A DNA stretch of 64,000 bases from the human T2T-CHM13v2.0 reference genome, Homo sapiens: assembly GCF_009914755.1 (NCBI RefSeq), contig NC_060927.1; one strand, 5' to 3'. Positions within the stretch are counted from its first letter, which is position 1. Each line of letters opens with the position of its first letter. The notes under the pieces were generated by a model. The model was not told the DNA's origin, made no database searches, and worked only from the letters and a program-made list of their open reading frames with translations. This document shows, piece after piece, positions 17,027 to 31,549 of the stretch. Position numbers and translations under genes: made by a program.

Positions 17027-17724
17027 CCACAATACGATTTCTTTACTTTTGATGTTGCCTCTTCATTGTCCTGAGACACACACACACAGACAGACAAACG
17101 CACACATCCTTTAAGCATTCATGGCCCATCTGTTTTTTAAAACTGTGGAAACACAGGCACACCCACCAAAAGACAGGACTGAAAGGTTTGCAAGGGGAGT
17201 GAGCAGATTTCTAAAAATAATTTCTGATACTTGCCCAGGGAATACACCGAGAAATAGAATCCTGTAAGAAACTAATATCATGATCGAGCATGTGCTTCTG
17301 AGGATTCCGTGTCTTTCTTGAGCTCTTGTGTGAATTAGGATGTTGGATCCTCAAAGAGGAAGGCCATTAAACGCCTGCCTGGAAGTTCAGAATAGGCTGG
17401 GCCAGTTAGGGGTCATGGGTGATACTGAGGCAACTGGCCTTTGTATTACCCATGGTCTGGGGTATTGTGCATTCAGATGCGAGTGTGACAGATGGGCAAA
17501 GACCTCTGGCTAACTTGCACACCTCCCTCAAGTAACCTCAGCTCAGCCTAAGTAGGAGAATCAGTTGTTTCTCAGGGCCTTTAAATCACATTCCTCCATG
17601 AAAAGATGAATTTCCAGTCCTCTCATTATTGTAAATCACCTACCGTCTGATGGCTTTAAACAAATGCATGGTTATCTGGTCACAAACATTTTATCCTTTC
17701 TTCCTCTTATCGCTTTTCACAACT

Positions 17725-17980
17725 GCATTAAAAAAATTTGCTCAAGTAATATGTTCATTGTAAGAAAAAATACAGATGACCAAAAAAGAAGAAAATGAAA
17801 ATCATCCCTACAATCATTCTACCTAGAGATTAACTGTTGTTAACATTTTAAACTTAGTTTCCATCTGTACAGACGTTTTTGTAAAATATTTTACAAAGAG
17901 TGTTATCATATTGCATGGACTTTTTGTGGTCTACTTCTTTCACCTAGAATATATTGGGAGCATCTTTCTATATCAATAAG
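17725..17980 (-). mobile_element. L1ME-type 3' fragment
   Basis: cctagagattaactgttgttaacatttt; tttcacctagaatatattgggagcatctttc. Confidence 0.55.
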
Positions 17981-19269
17981 TCTCACCCTTTACTACAGTC
18001 TGTCTTTATGTGTCACGTGTATTTGGCTCTCTTTAAAAAAATTCTGGTGGAATGACGAGGACTCACGAGTTGTAGTCATGATGCTTCCTCGAGTTAAGCT
18101 CTTTCTAAAGATCTAATGTTCCAAAGACCAGGCCAGGAGCGATGAGAAGGCAGTCAGCAGTCTTGACTTCAAGGGCTCCATGTTTGCAGCAATTTTCACC
18201 CAGAGGTAGCAGTCTGCCTCCGGGTTTCCTACTACAGTAGGAAAGTGAGTTCTTCTCAGCCCTGAGTGTGGCAGACAATGCTTTAGGGTACCACTGAGTG
18301 GACACATGCAGTCCTAGGACCCAGCAAAAGTGACTTGGAAAGAGGAGGAGGAAAAGAAGGGAGAAGAGGGAAGACCAAATGAAATGAAAAACAACAACAA
18401 CAAAAAATAATAAAGGGGATGAAAGATGCTAAGATTCTGGCTTTGACTGGAACAGGGTGGTACCAGCCTGAGGCACCTCAGGTTGCCCTCCTCTGAGGGA
18501 ATATGAGCATTTCCAGTGAGGTCACGCCAAGGCCCTGCACTCCTATTTAAATGCTTGCTTGCTCCTCACTGTCAAGCCTTTCAAATGTTCACATCTGGGC
18601 TGCATTACCAAGAGGCTCATATGTTTGTGGAATATAATTTATGGCAGCCAGATAACAACCCCCAGCCTGGGGAAGTCCCCCAGAAACCTGGGGGAGTTTG
18701 GACTCCCATGGAAATAGAGAACTGGTTAAATAAATTATGGTACCTAAATAAATTATGGTGCGTCTATACACACAGAGGTCACACACATATTTAGCACACC
18801 TCTTTGAGATTTTATAACTGGAAAAAAAGAAGACAAAGGTTTAATCTTGAAGTCATAAAGGGAACACTACATGCCTTTGCTTTAAATATTTTCTTTTCTC
18901 TGTGCAGAAGCAGCATATGTTTCTGAGCTGCTCCCTCTATCCTGGGGGATATAAACCAGATATTTATTAACCCTTCAAATCTGTAGGACCTCAGGGTTTA
19001 GCTCAGGAGTAAATGAGACAATACTTTTCAAATAGCCTAGGGCCTGCTGCAGAGTTTATGCTACATTTCAGTAGAGAGAAAACTTCTTGAGAGCAAGTTC
19101 TCGTGGAATTTTTCTTTTTCATAAATGCTACAATAAATAAAATATTTTCTTACATTTGCATAATGTTTTGCAAAATCATTTTGTATCCCCTGCTCTCTCC
19201 TCAATTCTCATAACCAACTTGCACCATCTCCAGTGAATGTGTAGTGAGTGAGACTCAGTCTGGTTCACC

Positions 19270-19925
19270 CCACTCATCTCTGGCCTGGGCCATTGCAACA
19301 GCTTACTAACTGGTCTTGCTGTGCCCTCCTGCCCTGTTCTGATCTGTCCTCAACCCAGCAGCCAGAGTGAGTCTGTTTAAAATGGAAATTGGTTATGCTC
19401 TCAAGCTCAAAACCCACAGGCCCCAATGCTCTACAGGCCAACCCCATGCCAACTCCTACTCACCTCCCTTTTATAGGTTCTCTCCAGATACATGACTTCC
19501 TTCCAGGGGCTGGTACACACCAGGCATGCTCTTGCCAACCTTTCTGTGCACCTGCTGTTCCCCTGGCCTGGAAGAAACTTCCTCAGAAATGGGCCTGGGT
19601 CCTGGGTCCTTGTCTCATCTCCTGCATGCCTTTGCTCAATGCCACCTTCTTTGAGAGGCCTTCCCTGACCACTGTTTTTAGAAATGCAGCCCCGGCTTTG
19701 CTAATATTCCCTTTTCCTCCTCCCTAATGGAGTTTTCTCCATAACCCCTCACATAAGATACTTTGCAGGTTTACTTTACTTAGTGTCAGTCTCTTTCCAT
19801 TAGGCTGTGTGCTTTATGGCTGCAGGATTTTGTCATTTTCTTCTACCACTGCTATATTCCCAGCATCTAGTATAGGGCCAGACACATAGCAGGAAATCAG
19901 CAACTATTTATCAGATGAATGGACA
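19270..19925 (+). mobile_element. L2 3' region
   Basis: cagcagccagagtgag..., gagaggccttccctgaccac, cccagcatctag...acacatagcagg...gatgaatg. Confidence 0.8.
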
Positions 19926-21630
19926 AACTGTTATTATATAATGAATGCATTTGTTTATGTGTATGCTGACTATGATGGTAGAGATTTTTGCCTTCTTCAC
20001 TATCGGGTCCTCAGACCTAGAATGGGGCAGAACACAACGTAGCAAAACTCCAATACATAATGAATGAAGGAAGGAAGAAATGTTTCTTCATAGCTTGGTG
20101 TAGCTCCTTCCAGGAATTTTCTCAGCATTTACAGATCTATATAGGTTTATAAAACATACCAACTTCAAAAAACCTCAATGTGATCACCTGAACTTTCCAT
20201 GGCATAAACAGTAATCTCTGTTTTACAGAAGGACACTCATTCCCTATCTTTTTCAGATATAATGTATCTTATCTCCTAAGATGCATGAGCGATGAGATAC
20301 ATGACAACATCCCTGGTAACAGTGACTTATTAAAGTAATGATTTATGAGAGGAGGGGTGGAGAGAGGGCTCAACAATGCACCCCTCCCTCCATGGCATTA
20401 TATCAGAATCTGGGCCAGGAACGTGGAGTTGGAGGGGAATAATTGTGTAGTTTGAAAAATGTCCCAAGATGATTCAGATATGCCCTGCCTCTCCTTCTGG
20501 AGAAGCTCTGAATTGCAATGTACTTTTTCATCTAATCTCTTTTGTTAAAGTGATTCATTGTTTACTATAAAAGTGCCACCATAACCTACTGAACCTATCT
20601 TCATTGTTGGCATTAGGATATTTCTAATTGTTTGCACCGAAAATAACAGCGGTACACATGCTTTAATGTGCTATCACTGAAGGGAATTCTTTTTCATTGT
20701 GCATTAACTATTTGGTGACTACACATCTCGGTGTCCATGAATGAGGGGCTTCTGTGCTCCATGTTCCAGTGCATGCAGCAGTACTGTGCTGACACAAGAG
20801 GTGAGGTACCCAATCTCAAAAGAGGTCCCCTGCACTTCCAGAGGCTCCTAAAATGAGCGAACATCAAGACAGAACCAAATGCTATCTTTGGCTCTCTATT
20901 CTTCAGTCAAACAGGCAACCTGGAGATTTGTTGATGGTGTCTACTGGGATAGAAATCTTACCAATAGTTCTGTTTTCTCCAAATAGGAGGCTAGAGACCC
21001 TCTGAGGAGCAACTCACTTCACTGGAGCACAAGACAACCCCATTTGCAAGACCTCCATAGAACCAGCTACATTCCACAGTGACCTCGGTCAGTTCACAAA
21101 ATTCTTTGGCGTGTGCTTTTCCTTTATCATTTCCTTAATTAAATTGGAGTAAAAACAACTACTTAATTGGAATAATAACAAAGACTATTATGATTCTCAC
21201 TATACTGTTGGGAGGAAGAACTAAGTGAATAATTAAAAACTTGATAAGGGTTTAAACATGCAAGTAGTTAGGGGAAAGTAATGCGAAGTGATTAGGGGAC
21301 ACTCTTGAGATAACACTCCAAGTAAGTGCTGAAACTCATGAACAAGCAGCAGGCCACTCTGGAATTTCAGGAACCTGCTTGGAGAAGATAGAGTGCCTTA
21401 TGAATGACTGTACAGAAAGGGAGATAGGGTTTACTCCTTTGGTATTCTGTGACCCAAAACAGACCAGATATTAGCTGTCAAATAATCTGCACAAATCTGG
21501 TTACTACCTAGATGGTACTTGTTAGATGTTCTGAAGACATAACGCTTTCATTGAGTAGGGAACACTACATAAACACTATACCACATGCACAAAAGATGAA
21601 AGTGCAAGGATGTTAGGTGCAACCTATTGG

Positions 21631-21936
21631 TTTTTTTTGTTTTTGTTTTTGTTTTTTGGCGATGGAGTCTCACTCTGTTCTCCATGCTGGAGTGCAATAG
21701 TGTGATCTTGGCTCACTGCAGCCTCCGCCTCCAGGGTTCAAGCTATTCTGCCTCAGCCTCTGGAGTAGCTGGGATTACAGATGCCCACCACCAAGCCTGG
21801 CTAATTTTTGTATTTTTAGTAGAGATGGGGTTTCCCCATGTTGGCCAGGCTGGTCTCATACTCCTGACCTCAAGTGATCTGCCTACCTCGGCCTCCCAAA
21901 GTGCTGGGATTACAGGCGTGAGCCACCGCGCCTGGC
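21631..21936 (-). mobile_element. AluSx/Sz
   Basis: TSD tag(g/c)tgcaacc; lies within decayed L1ME sequence. Confidence 0.9.
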
Positions 21937-22217
21937 TAGCTGCAACCCAAATTTTAATAACAACTAGAAATAGCCTAAATGCTTAAATAAATAGATTTTT
22001 ACACACCCAAGGAAAGATCTCCACCCAGGTTGCAAAGAAAAAAAATTTAATTCATCAAACAACTTACCCTATTTTTCTAAGAAGGGGAGCAAAGTTTATC
22101 ATAAAATTTTTCATCAAACTTAGGAAAGTGGGGAGAGGGGGTCAGTACATAAGGAGGGCTTTCAGCTCAATCAGTAATGATTTCACCTCAAGCTAGGTAG
22201 AGAAATATAGGTATTAC

Positions 22218-22531
22218 TTCTTGTTTTTTTTGTTTTGTTTTGTTTATGAGATGGAGTCTCACTATTGTCCAGGCTGGAGTGCAGTGGTACGATCTTGGCT
22301 CACTGCAACCTCTGCCTCTGGGTTCAAGCGATCCTTATGCCTCAGCCTCATGAGTAGCTGGCATTACAGGCACACACCACCAAGTTCAGCTAATTTTTTT
22401 TGTGTATTTTTAGTAGAGATGAGGTTTTGCCATGTTGGCCAGGCTGTTCTCAAACTCCTAACCTCAAGTGATCCACCTGCCTCAGCCTCCCAAGGTGCTG
22501 GAATTACAGTCATGAGCCACTGTGCCTGGCC
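22218..22531 (-). mobile_element. AluSx/Sz
   Basis: TSD ggtattac at 22210-22217 and 22532-22539. Confidence 0.9.
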
Positions 22532-23242
22532 GGTATTACATCTTATAACATTTTATTTATCTTAGAATGTGAACTAAAAAAAATAGTTCTATCATGAGAT
22601 GGATTTGAGAAATTACTGATTTAGTTGAATGCATCCATTTCAGGATACAGTTAAGTGACTTGCCCAAGCAAACCTCAGAGAACAAGTCAAGGACTCTGCA
22701 TTATTTTCAGCAGTCTGTCTGCATGTGAATGCAACTCAGATCCCTGTACTGTTAATTCTTTCCATGAGCATTTGTTTGCATTTTATCCTCTATTCAAATT
22801 AAGGCATCAAATTGTACAGAATTCAATTATTTTTAAGTCTGTAGAAAACATTATTGCCACGTAAAATGTAATAGCAAATGTTTGTCACATTTCAAAGAAT
22901 GAGAATCTTAAGAATCTGATGAGTGAGAAACAGTCTTATGTATTAAAATATATTACCCATGTTTTTCAGCTTTAAATTGATTTCTAAGAGGCTTTGAGGA
23001 ATAAAGGAAGGCAACTCTATCCTTCATCTTCAAAGAAAACAGCTCTACGGTATCTATGGTAACTTGGTCCTCAGACCAAGACAGTAGAGAATCTCCTTCA
23101 CATGATAATGTTTTGATAGGTCTCTTCTCTTTTTATTTGCTATCTCTAATCACCAGAAATGTAAAAAATAGCAAAGAAAACACACAAAAACCCAAAAATA
23201 ACAGCAAAAAAAGGGATGCTAACTGGGTCTGTGGATACATAC

Positions 23243-23335
23243 CTCACAGCAAAGTGCAAAATGGTTGGGCCTGGTTTCTTGGGCAAATCGTGGTCAAGAA
23301 CTCGGTGATCTAACTGCAGCCAGTTCTGCTGACCT
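23243..23335 (-). CDS. FRMD4B: FRMD4B coding exon (exon 4), 93 nt, (T)GQQNWLQLDHRVLDHDLPKKPGPTILHFAV(R)
   Basis: Acceptor ttttctttgctttgctctcacag|A, donor AG|GTATGT, phase 2-2. Embedded in ORF 23146..23454. Confidence 0.96.
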
Positions 23336-23691
23336 CTGTGAGAGCAAAGCAAAGAAAAAGGATTCAACAGAAAGTCAGAAAAGTTCAACAACGTACAGTG
23401 TTGGCAAAGCTGTGGCGAAATAGTTGCTCTCATACACCGATGGTAGGAGCACAACCTGTTACAACTGGTAATGAGACCAACTCAGCAATTTCTTTCAAAA
23501 CTATGAAAGCACTTGCTTCTGAACCAGCATTTCCATTTCCAGGAGTACATCAAGGTAAACTTGCACATGTGAGAAATAATTTGTATATGAAATCACTCAC
23601 TGTAGCAACATTTGAAATAGCAAAAGGGGTGGAAATAACTTCGATGTCCAAGAGGATATTGTTTAAAAAAATTATTTAAAACTATAGAGTG

Positions 23692-24297
<606 letters not shown>

Positions 24298-24574
24298 TTA
24301 TTTTGAACAATTTCCAAGAGACGATATTAAATGAAAAAGCAAGATGCATAACAGCAAGTATATGGCGATTTTAAAAATTAAACAAAGAACAAACATACAT
24401 ATGTGCATGTATATATTACAAATATCTGAGAGAAAAAACAAAAAACTGATAACACTAGTTGACTTTTGAGGTAAAAAACTAGGCCATATGTTAATATTAA
24501 ATTTTTATGAAATATGAAATATTTTAGATAATCAAGAAGGAGAAAACTTCTGGTTCAATGAAATAAAACACACA

Positions 24575-24896
24575 GGCTGGGTGTGGTGGCTCACATCTAG
24601 CACTTGTAATCCTAGCACTTGGGAGGCCAAGGCAGGCAGATTGCTTGAGCCCAGGAATTTGAGACTAGCCTGGGCAACATGGTGAAACCCGATTTCTACA
24701 AAGAATACAGAAAAAAATTAGCCTAGTGTGGTGGTGCATGCCTGTTGTCCCAGCTACTATGGAGGCTGAAGTGGGAGGATCACTTGGGCCCAGGGAAGTC
24801 AAGGCTGCAGTGAGCCGTGATCATGCCACTGCATTCCAGCCTAGGCAACAGAATGAGACCCTGTCTCAAAACAAAAGCAAAAACAAAAACAAAAAA
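24575..24896 (+). mobile_element. AluJb-like
   Basis: ttgagcccagg..gggcaacatggtgaaacc; gtcaaggctgcagtgagccgtgatc. Confidence 0.88.
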
Positions 24897-24945
24897 CCAG
24901 ACACATAACAATACCACAGCTTTTAAAAAAAGTACAGGGTCGGTG

Positions 24946-25127
24946 CTAGGCACAGTGGCTCATGCCTCTAATCCCAGCACTTTAGGAGGCTGAGTTGGGA
25001 GGATTGGCTAAAGTGGGAGGATTGCTTGAGCCCAGGAGTTTGAGGCTGCAGTGAGCTATGATTGTGCTACTGCACCCTAGTCTGGACAACAGAGGGATAA
25101 CTTGTCTCAAAAAAAAAAAAAAAAAAA
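24946..25127 (+). mobile_element. Alu monomer (left-arm head, right-arm tail)
   Basis: gctcatgcctctaatcccagcac...gaggctgcagtgagctatgattg. Confidence 0.8.
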
Positions 25128-25439
<312 letters not shown>

Positions 25440-26388
25440 CAGTACAGGGCTGAATACTCTCTGAGTGCCACTTCTGTATATATATTATGGGCTTACTGAG
25501 ATTTAAGCACGTACTTGTTTATTTTATTTACTCAAGAGCCTCACCAAGTTCATAAACAGTTCTCTCTAGATTTTGACCACTGAGGGATCAAAAGGATTGA
25601 TGACACTGGGGCTCAGAACTGTTTACGTGCCTTTTCCGAGGTTGTCCAACTAGTCCATCCATTTTAGGCTGTAAATTCCCAGAGGGCATAGACCCTCTTT
25701 TACTTGCTTACATAAAATTCAATCTAAGAACATGCTGATGGTGGTGGGATAGCGTGTCAAAATGTAATAAAATATATAATGGGCCAGAAGACATTTTCAA
25801 ACCTATTTTGGTCCTTGAGTAAAAAATTAAAAAACAAAATCAGAAAATTCAAAGCTGTATTCATTATAAGTAGACAGGAAAAATGAGCATAAATAATAAT
25901 ATGAGTAGTAGTAATAATAACAATAGCTAGTCTCTATCGAGTAATGACTCTGTGCCAACCAAGCTGGAACTCTTTATACATTAAAGCTATATTTTACAAT
26001 AAGCCAGTGAGGAAAGTGCTAGAGCTGGGATTTGAATCCAGGGCTTCCTTTCTTCTTCCCTCCACCCACCACCCTACCCAGTGGACTTGTATATAAAAGT
26101 ACCCGGGACTTTCAGTACTGGAGAAAATGAGACTAGAGGGTTGAATCAGCTTTTATAATGACTTCTGACTCAGTCTCTGATACTCAGCAGGTTAAATGCC
26201 GGAAAGAGTGTGTCTTTGTTTCCATAGTTACAAGACAAGGCTTCTGATACCTGTTTCCAGCTTTCCTTGCAAGAATATTATAAAGATAAATAAGCTGATT
26301 AAGTAACACAAGGGAAGGTCCTTAGAACTACTGCTTTTGTGTGTAAAACAAAATAAGATAGGAGACTGACGTTAAGAGAGTCTTACAC

Positions 26389-26480
26389 TCTATTTCATCA
26401 AGTTTAGGATGCCACTGATATAAAGACACATCCCAATTTCACAGACGTTTAAATGTGTGTCTTAAAATACATAACATATT
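26389..26480 (-). mobile_element. MER104-like (TcMar-Tc2) miniature element
   Basis: tatttcatcaa..taggatgcca...catcccaatttcacaga..aaatgtg..tcttaaaat. Confidence 0.55.
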
Positions 26481-26540
26481 TTATAGTATCAGATCTCAAA
26501 AGTTTTCTTAGGAAAGATGCATCATTTTAAAAGCAAAATA

Positions 26541-26697
26541 GGCTAGACATGGTGGCTCACACCTGTAATCTCAGCATTTCAGGAGGTTGAGGCAGGAGGA
26601 TCACTGGAGCCCAGGAGTTCAAGGCTACAGTGAGCTATGATCATGCCACTGCACTCCAGCCTGGGAAACAGAGAGAGACCCTGTCTCTAAAAATAAA
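26541..26697 (+). mobile_element. Alu monomer (FRAM/AluJ type)
   Basis: Single arm with gttcaaggctacagtgagctatgatc. Confidence 0.85.
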
Positions 26698-28282
26698 TTG
26701 AAAGCATAATGTATATTTGTATGAACTTGCATGGAATGGTGTCTATGAATGAATGAAGCAAGTTGTACAATAGCATATACAGCATAAACCAATTATGTTA
26801 ACCACAGATGCACATTCAAAACACTATTAAATATTGATGAACATTTTTAGATATATTTCTGGAGAGTCACACAGCAGCTTGCTAGTACTGGTTACCTCTG
26901 TGGAAGAAACTACAGTTGCAGTGGGAAAGTAATCAAAAGGGACTGGACTCAACCATGACATTAAAGAAGATATTCATGCATATATTATAAGAAATAGTTT
27001 TTTAAAAGGATAAATTACAAATTAGATTTTAAAAAATCCACCCACAATCTCATCAATAGGAAAAAGTCTAGAAGAATTTTTTAAAAAATGCCCATAATTC
27101 TACCACTGAAATATAAAGGTTACTTATTGCTTATAACTTGCTTTTGTCAAATTTTCCCATCAGCAAATATAATAGATCTAACCAATATCTTAAAAAGACA
27201 ATCATATCTACCCCTCTCAGGAGTGCAGACCAACCACAAAGCAAGTTTTATTTTTGGCTAGAATTGCATCAACAGAAGGCCCATTGTCACAGTCCCATTG
27301 GAAGGGACAGTGATCAAAAGTCACAGTTGTGTTGTAAAGTCTATCTGTTATTTCTTGGTAAACAAAGCTTATTTAGCAAAGCCTTTCAAAACATGAGAAG
27401 GCAAAACAAAAAGTGAAATGGGTGAAGAGATGGAACCACTACGGTGACCTGAAGGACTGGTGCCTCAGGAGGGCCGTGACTGCCCTCTAGGGGTGAAAGA
27501 CTAACTTTGCACACAGAGCTGCGCAAGGCCCTAACAAGCGTAATCTCAGAAATGCTATCCCTCTCCCAGTAACGTGACCTTGAATCTGTGGTTGTTGGTC
27601 ATCATCACTGCTTTTATTGCGTAATTGCCATCTATTTTTCCGTTTCTCCTCTTGGCCTGTGGATGAGTTGTAGACAGTAGCTACTTTCATTGACAAAATG
27701 TTCCTTTCAGCTTTACCAAAGACAAAAGACGCATGTGGCATCTAGGCTGGAAAATAAACTCAGACGGCATCCTGGGAGGGCCCTCACTCAGTGGTTTTAC
27801 GGGGGCGAAGGGAGGCAGGAGGAAAGTGCTGAAAGAAAATACTTTCCAAAAATATTTACCAAAGAAAAAGAACTAGGCTTGTGACCAAGACATTCCAAGG
27901 AGACACCCTTAGACATAAGCAATATTCCAGGCCCGCTCCCCAGAAAGGTAGAAATGGCCAATTTCCACCCCCTCAACAGCCCCGCTCATACTTCTTCTGA
28001 AAATAAACACGACTAGAGCCAGGAGACACCTCCCCAAACTGGTCATAATTCAAAAAGAGACTCTGCCGTCACTTGCAGGGGAGTGCACAGAGGACATTGT
28101 GGAGCCGGGGTTCTTGGAAAGACCATGACTATAGTTACCTCCTTTGGTTGAACCAAAGGAGGTAACTGGGAAAAAGGCTGTGTGAACCATTCTTCTCCCA
28201 GCGTAGTTTTGAGAAAGAAATCTCAGGGCAGACAACAAGAAGGGTGGCCCAAATAACTGAAGGAAGTCATTCCCATTATTCC

Positions 28283-28572
28283 TTTTCTTTTCCTTTTTGG
28301 ACAGTGTCTCACTTTGTCACCCAGGCTGGAGTGGCACAATCTCGGTTGACTGCAACCTCCACCTCCTGGGTTTAAGTGATCCTCATGCCTCAGGTGCCTG
28401 AGTAGCTGGGATTACAGGCGCCCACCACCACGCCCAGCTAATTTTTGTATTTTTAGTAAGACGGGGTTTTGCCGTGTTGCCCAGGCTGGTCACAAACTCC
28501 TGACCTCAGGTGATCCACCCTCCTCAGCCTCCAAAGTGTTGAGATTACAGGCGTGAGCCACCACACCCGGCC
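28283..28572 (-). mobile_element. AluSx
   Basis: Full dimer consensus match. Confidence 0.88.
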
Positions 28573-29294
28573 TACTATTTCTTTTCTTTCTGAAGAGAAG
28601 GTCTTACAGTCTGAACCCCTTACTTACGCACTGTCTGGTTTATATTCAACTGAGCTTGGAGCTTTTCCTGAAGCCTCCCATGTGGCCAGGACCCTCTTTT
28701 CCAGTCTGCCACAAACCTTGCAGTCTGAGGGACCTCTGACACTGCAAGTCAAAGCCGCATTCCTCCTCCCTATAACATCCTTCCATGGACTGGGTGTGCC
28801 TCCTCCATCTGTGTGACTAACAAGGCTCACCTATGATCTTGTCCCCACGATCAGGCCAACGTCTTCACCCTTGGGCAAATGTACCTTGTTCGTTGCCATG
28901 TTCATGCATTTGCCCACAAAATAACTCTTGCCTAGGATGTCACCTCTCATCTCCCCTCCCATCTATTTAAAGTCTACCTTACCTGCAAGATCCAATTTTA
29001 GTTACTCGTCTGTGTGACGCCTGCTCCAGTCCTCCTTCAGTTTCCTTCTTAACACTCCCTTACTGCAGTACATTGGGATGACAGCTCCCTTTTATTGTGG
29101 GCCGGTGCTATATGCTCTGCCTACCTTACCTGATTTAATAGTATTGAATACTAGTACCCTATTACAGGTGCCTTATGTAGTACATACTATATAAGGCACT
29201 GTTATTATGTCCAGCGTACAGATGAGAAAACTTGAGTGTCAGAGATGTTAAGTAACTGTTCTAAGGTCACACAGCTAGCTATCAAGATTCTCTG

Positions 29295-30058
29295 ATACCT
29301 GCTCCTACCTCCCTCTCAACCCTCCTCCTGTACCACTTTCCCTCTTAATCTCTGTACTCTCATCACACTGGCTTTTTTTTTTTTTTGTTTGGGACAGGAT
29401 CTCACTCTGTCACTTGGGCTGGAGTGCAGTGGTGAGATCATGGCTCACTGCAACCTCCACTTTCTGGGCTCATGCAATCCTCCCACCTAAGCCTCCCGAG
29501 GAGCTGGGACTACAGGTGTGCACCATCATGCCCCCTTAATGTTTTTGCATTTTTAGTAGAGATGGGGTTTCACCATGTTGCCCAGGCTGGTCTGGAATTC
29601 CTAGGCTCAAGTGATCTGACTGCCTCAGCCTCCCAAAGTGCTGGGATTAGAGGTGTGAGCCACTGTGCCCGGCCTTGTTTTTTTTCTCGCAAAAAACAAA
29701 TCACAAAAGTCATGCTTAGCCCCACCTCAGGACTTTTGCACTGGTTTTTGTTTGTAATGTCTCCCCAAATTTTTGCAGAACTGGCTCTTGCTTTTCATTA
29801 CATGTCACCTCCTAGATCCTGTCCTAGCCCACCCTGTCTAAAACTGAACCCAAGTTTTCTTGGTCATGGCCTTTTATGTTCTTCAATGCACTTATAATTG
29901 CTGATATTCCTTTGATTTATCTGTTTGTTTACTTGTTATGCTAGACTATAGCATTGCAATATGAGCTCCATAAAAGCAGGGGCCTTGTCTGTGTTACTCC
30001 TAGCTGAATCCTCGTGATATAGAACAACACCTGGCATTGAGTGGGCATTCAAAAAATA
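29295..30058 (+). mobile_element. L2 3' region interrupted by AluJ
   Basis: cctcaggacttttgcactgg; tgagctccataaaagcaggggccttgtctg; acctggca..gtgggcattcaaaaaatatt. Confidence 0.75.
29373..29674 (-). mobile_element. AluJ
   Basis: J diagnostics. Confidence 0.88.
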
Positions 30059-30059
30059 T

Positions 30060-30367
30060 TTTATTTTCTATTTTTAGAGATGGGTTCTTGCTCTATTGCC
30101 TAGGCTGGTGTGCAGTGGCATGATCATAAACTCACTGTAGCCTTGAACTCCTAGGCTCATGCAATCCTCCCACCTCAGCCTCAGCCTCCTGAGTGGCTAG
30201 GACTGGAGTTGCACATCACCACACCTGGCTGATTTTTAATTTTTTTTTTTTTTTTTCGTAGAGATGGGGTCTCACTATGTTGCCTAGGCTGGTCTTGAAC
30301 TCCTGGCCTCATGCAATACTCCCTCCCTTGGTCTCCAAAAGTGTTAGGATCACAGGTGTGAGCCGCT
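30060..30367 (-). mobile_element. AluJ
   Basis: J diagnostics; tandem with the next Alu. Confidence 0.85.
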
Positions 30368-30377
30368 CTTAATGTAA

Positions 30378-30683
30378 ATATATATATATACTTGAGACAA
30401 GGTCTCACTCTGTCGCCCAGGCTGGATGGCAGTAGTGCCATCATCATAGCTCACGGCAGCCTCAACCTCCTGGGCTCAAGTTGTCCTCCCACCTCAGCCT
30501 CCCGAGTAGCTGGGACTACAGATGTGTCACCATACCTGGCTGATTTTTTTTTTTTTTTTTTTTTGTAGATATGGGGTCTCCCTATGTTACCTAGGTGGCT
30601 CTGAAACTCCTGTACTCAAGGGATCTGCCCATCTCGGCCCTCCAAAGTGCGGGGATTACAAGTGTGAACTATCACACCCGGCC
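30378..30683 (-). mobile_element. AluJ
   Basis: J diagnostics; the pair is flanked by aatattt. Confidence 0.85.
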
Positions 30684-31487
30684 AATATTTTTTCAATGAA
30701 TAAATTACTCCAATATTCATGTTGTTAACCCCTATTCTATGTGACCTCTGCCTAAATTATAGTGCTTATAGCAGTTACAGTTTATACCATATAACCTAGC
30801 CATTGTATATTTATGGCTTTATGTCTTATACTGTTTGCTATGATTTCATCCACATTTGGATTCAGCCTATGTGTGTGCGTGTTCAATCACTGATTCGCAG
30901 GAGCTGGTGCTGGCTATGCATGTCGGCATTTCCCATTTCATCCAGTAGAGGACAGGTCATACAGAGCCTCTCAAATGGTAGCTGTTGAGTGATTCAGAGT
31001 GAGGTGAGAGATGTCTAGTGTACTTTCTTCTGCCTTGTTGAGCCCTCTTTGGGAAACATCCTCAGTCCAGAATCAAGTTTTCAGGTTTTTCTATTCCTCC
31101 TGATAATTCAGCTGCTTGGTTTTTGCCCAGTGCAAGTCCTGAGCCTGCTGGCATATTCTGGAGGTCCTAGGCTCACAGCCCACCCAGGCTGGGAATAATC
31201 AGAAGCCACAAGGTGTTAAAAGCAAATTAACTCCTTCTTGAGATGATTTTCCACCTGATTAAACTAAAGAACTGAAAAATATTTAAATTGGCAGCATTAT
31301 GAAAAGAATGCTGGATGGTTGGCCAACATATTTTATGTCTGGAACACATCTTCTTGCATTTTAACATTTAAGGAGCTCTTTGGAAATTATCTGCAGAAAG
31401 TGGAAGGATTCCTCTGATAATGTATCGGGCTGCATAAAATGTAGGCAAATTGGGCTGCCATAAAAAAGACAGACAGATACACACAGA

Positions 31488-31490
<3 letters not shown>

Positions 31491-31548
<58 letters not shown>
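31491..31548. repeat. Compound microsatellite (AC)18(AG)11
   Basis: Read directly from the sequence. Confidence 0.95.

Positions 31549-31549
<1 letters not shown>

Noticed and set aside
18203-18244. Two adjacent short hairpins
   Set aside because: Stems of 7-9 bp with very short loops, no ncRNA motifs, compatible with chance.
28624-28832. Two good minus-strand donors (TGC|GTAAGT, TAG|GTGAGC)
   Set aside because: No matching acceptor or promoter seen; isolated donors are common.
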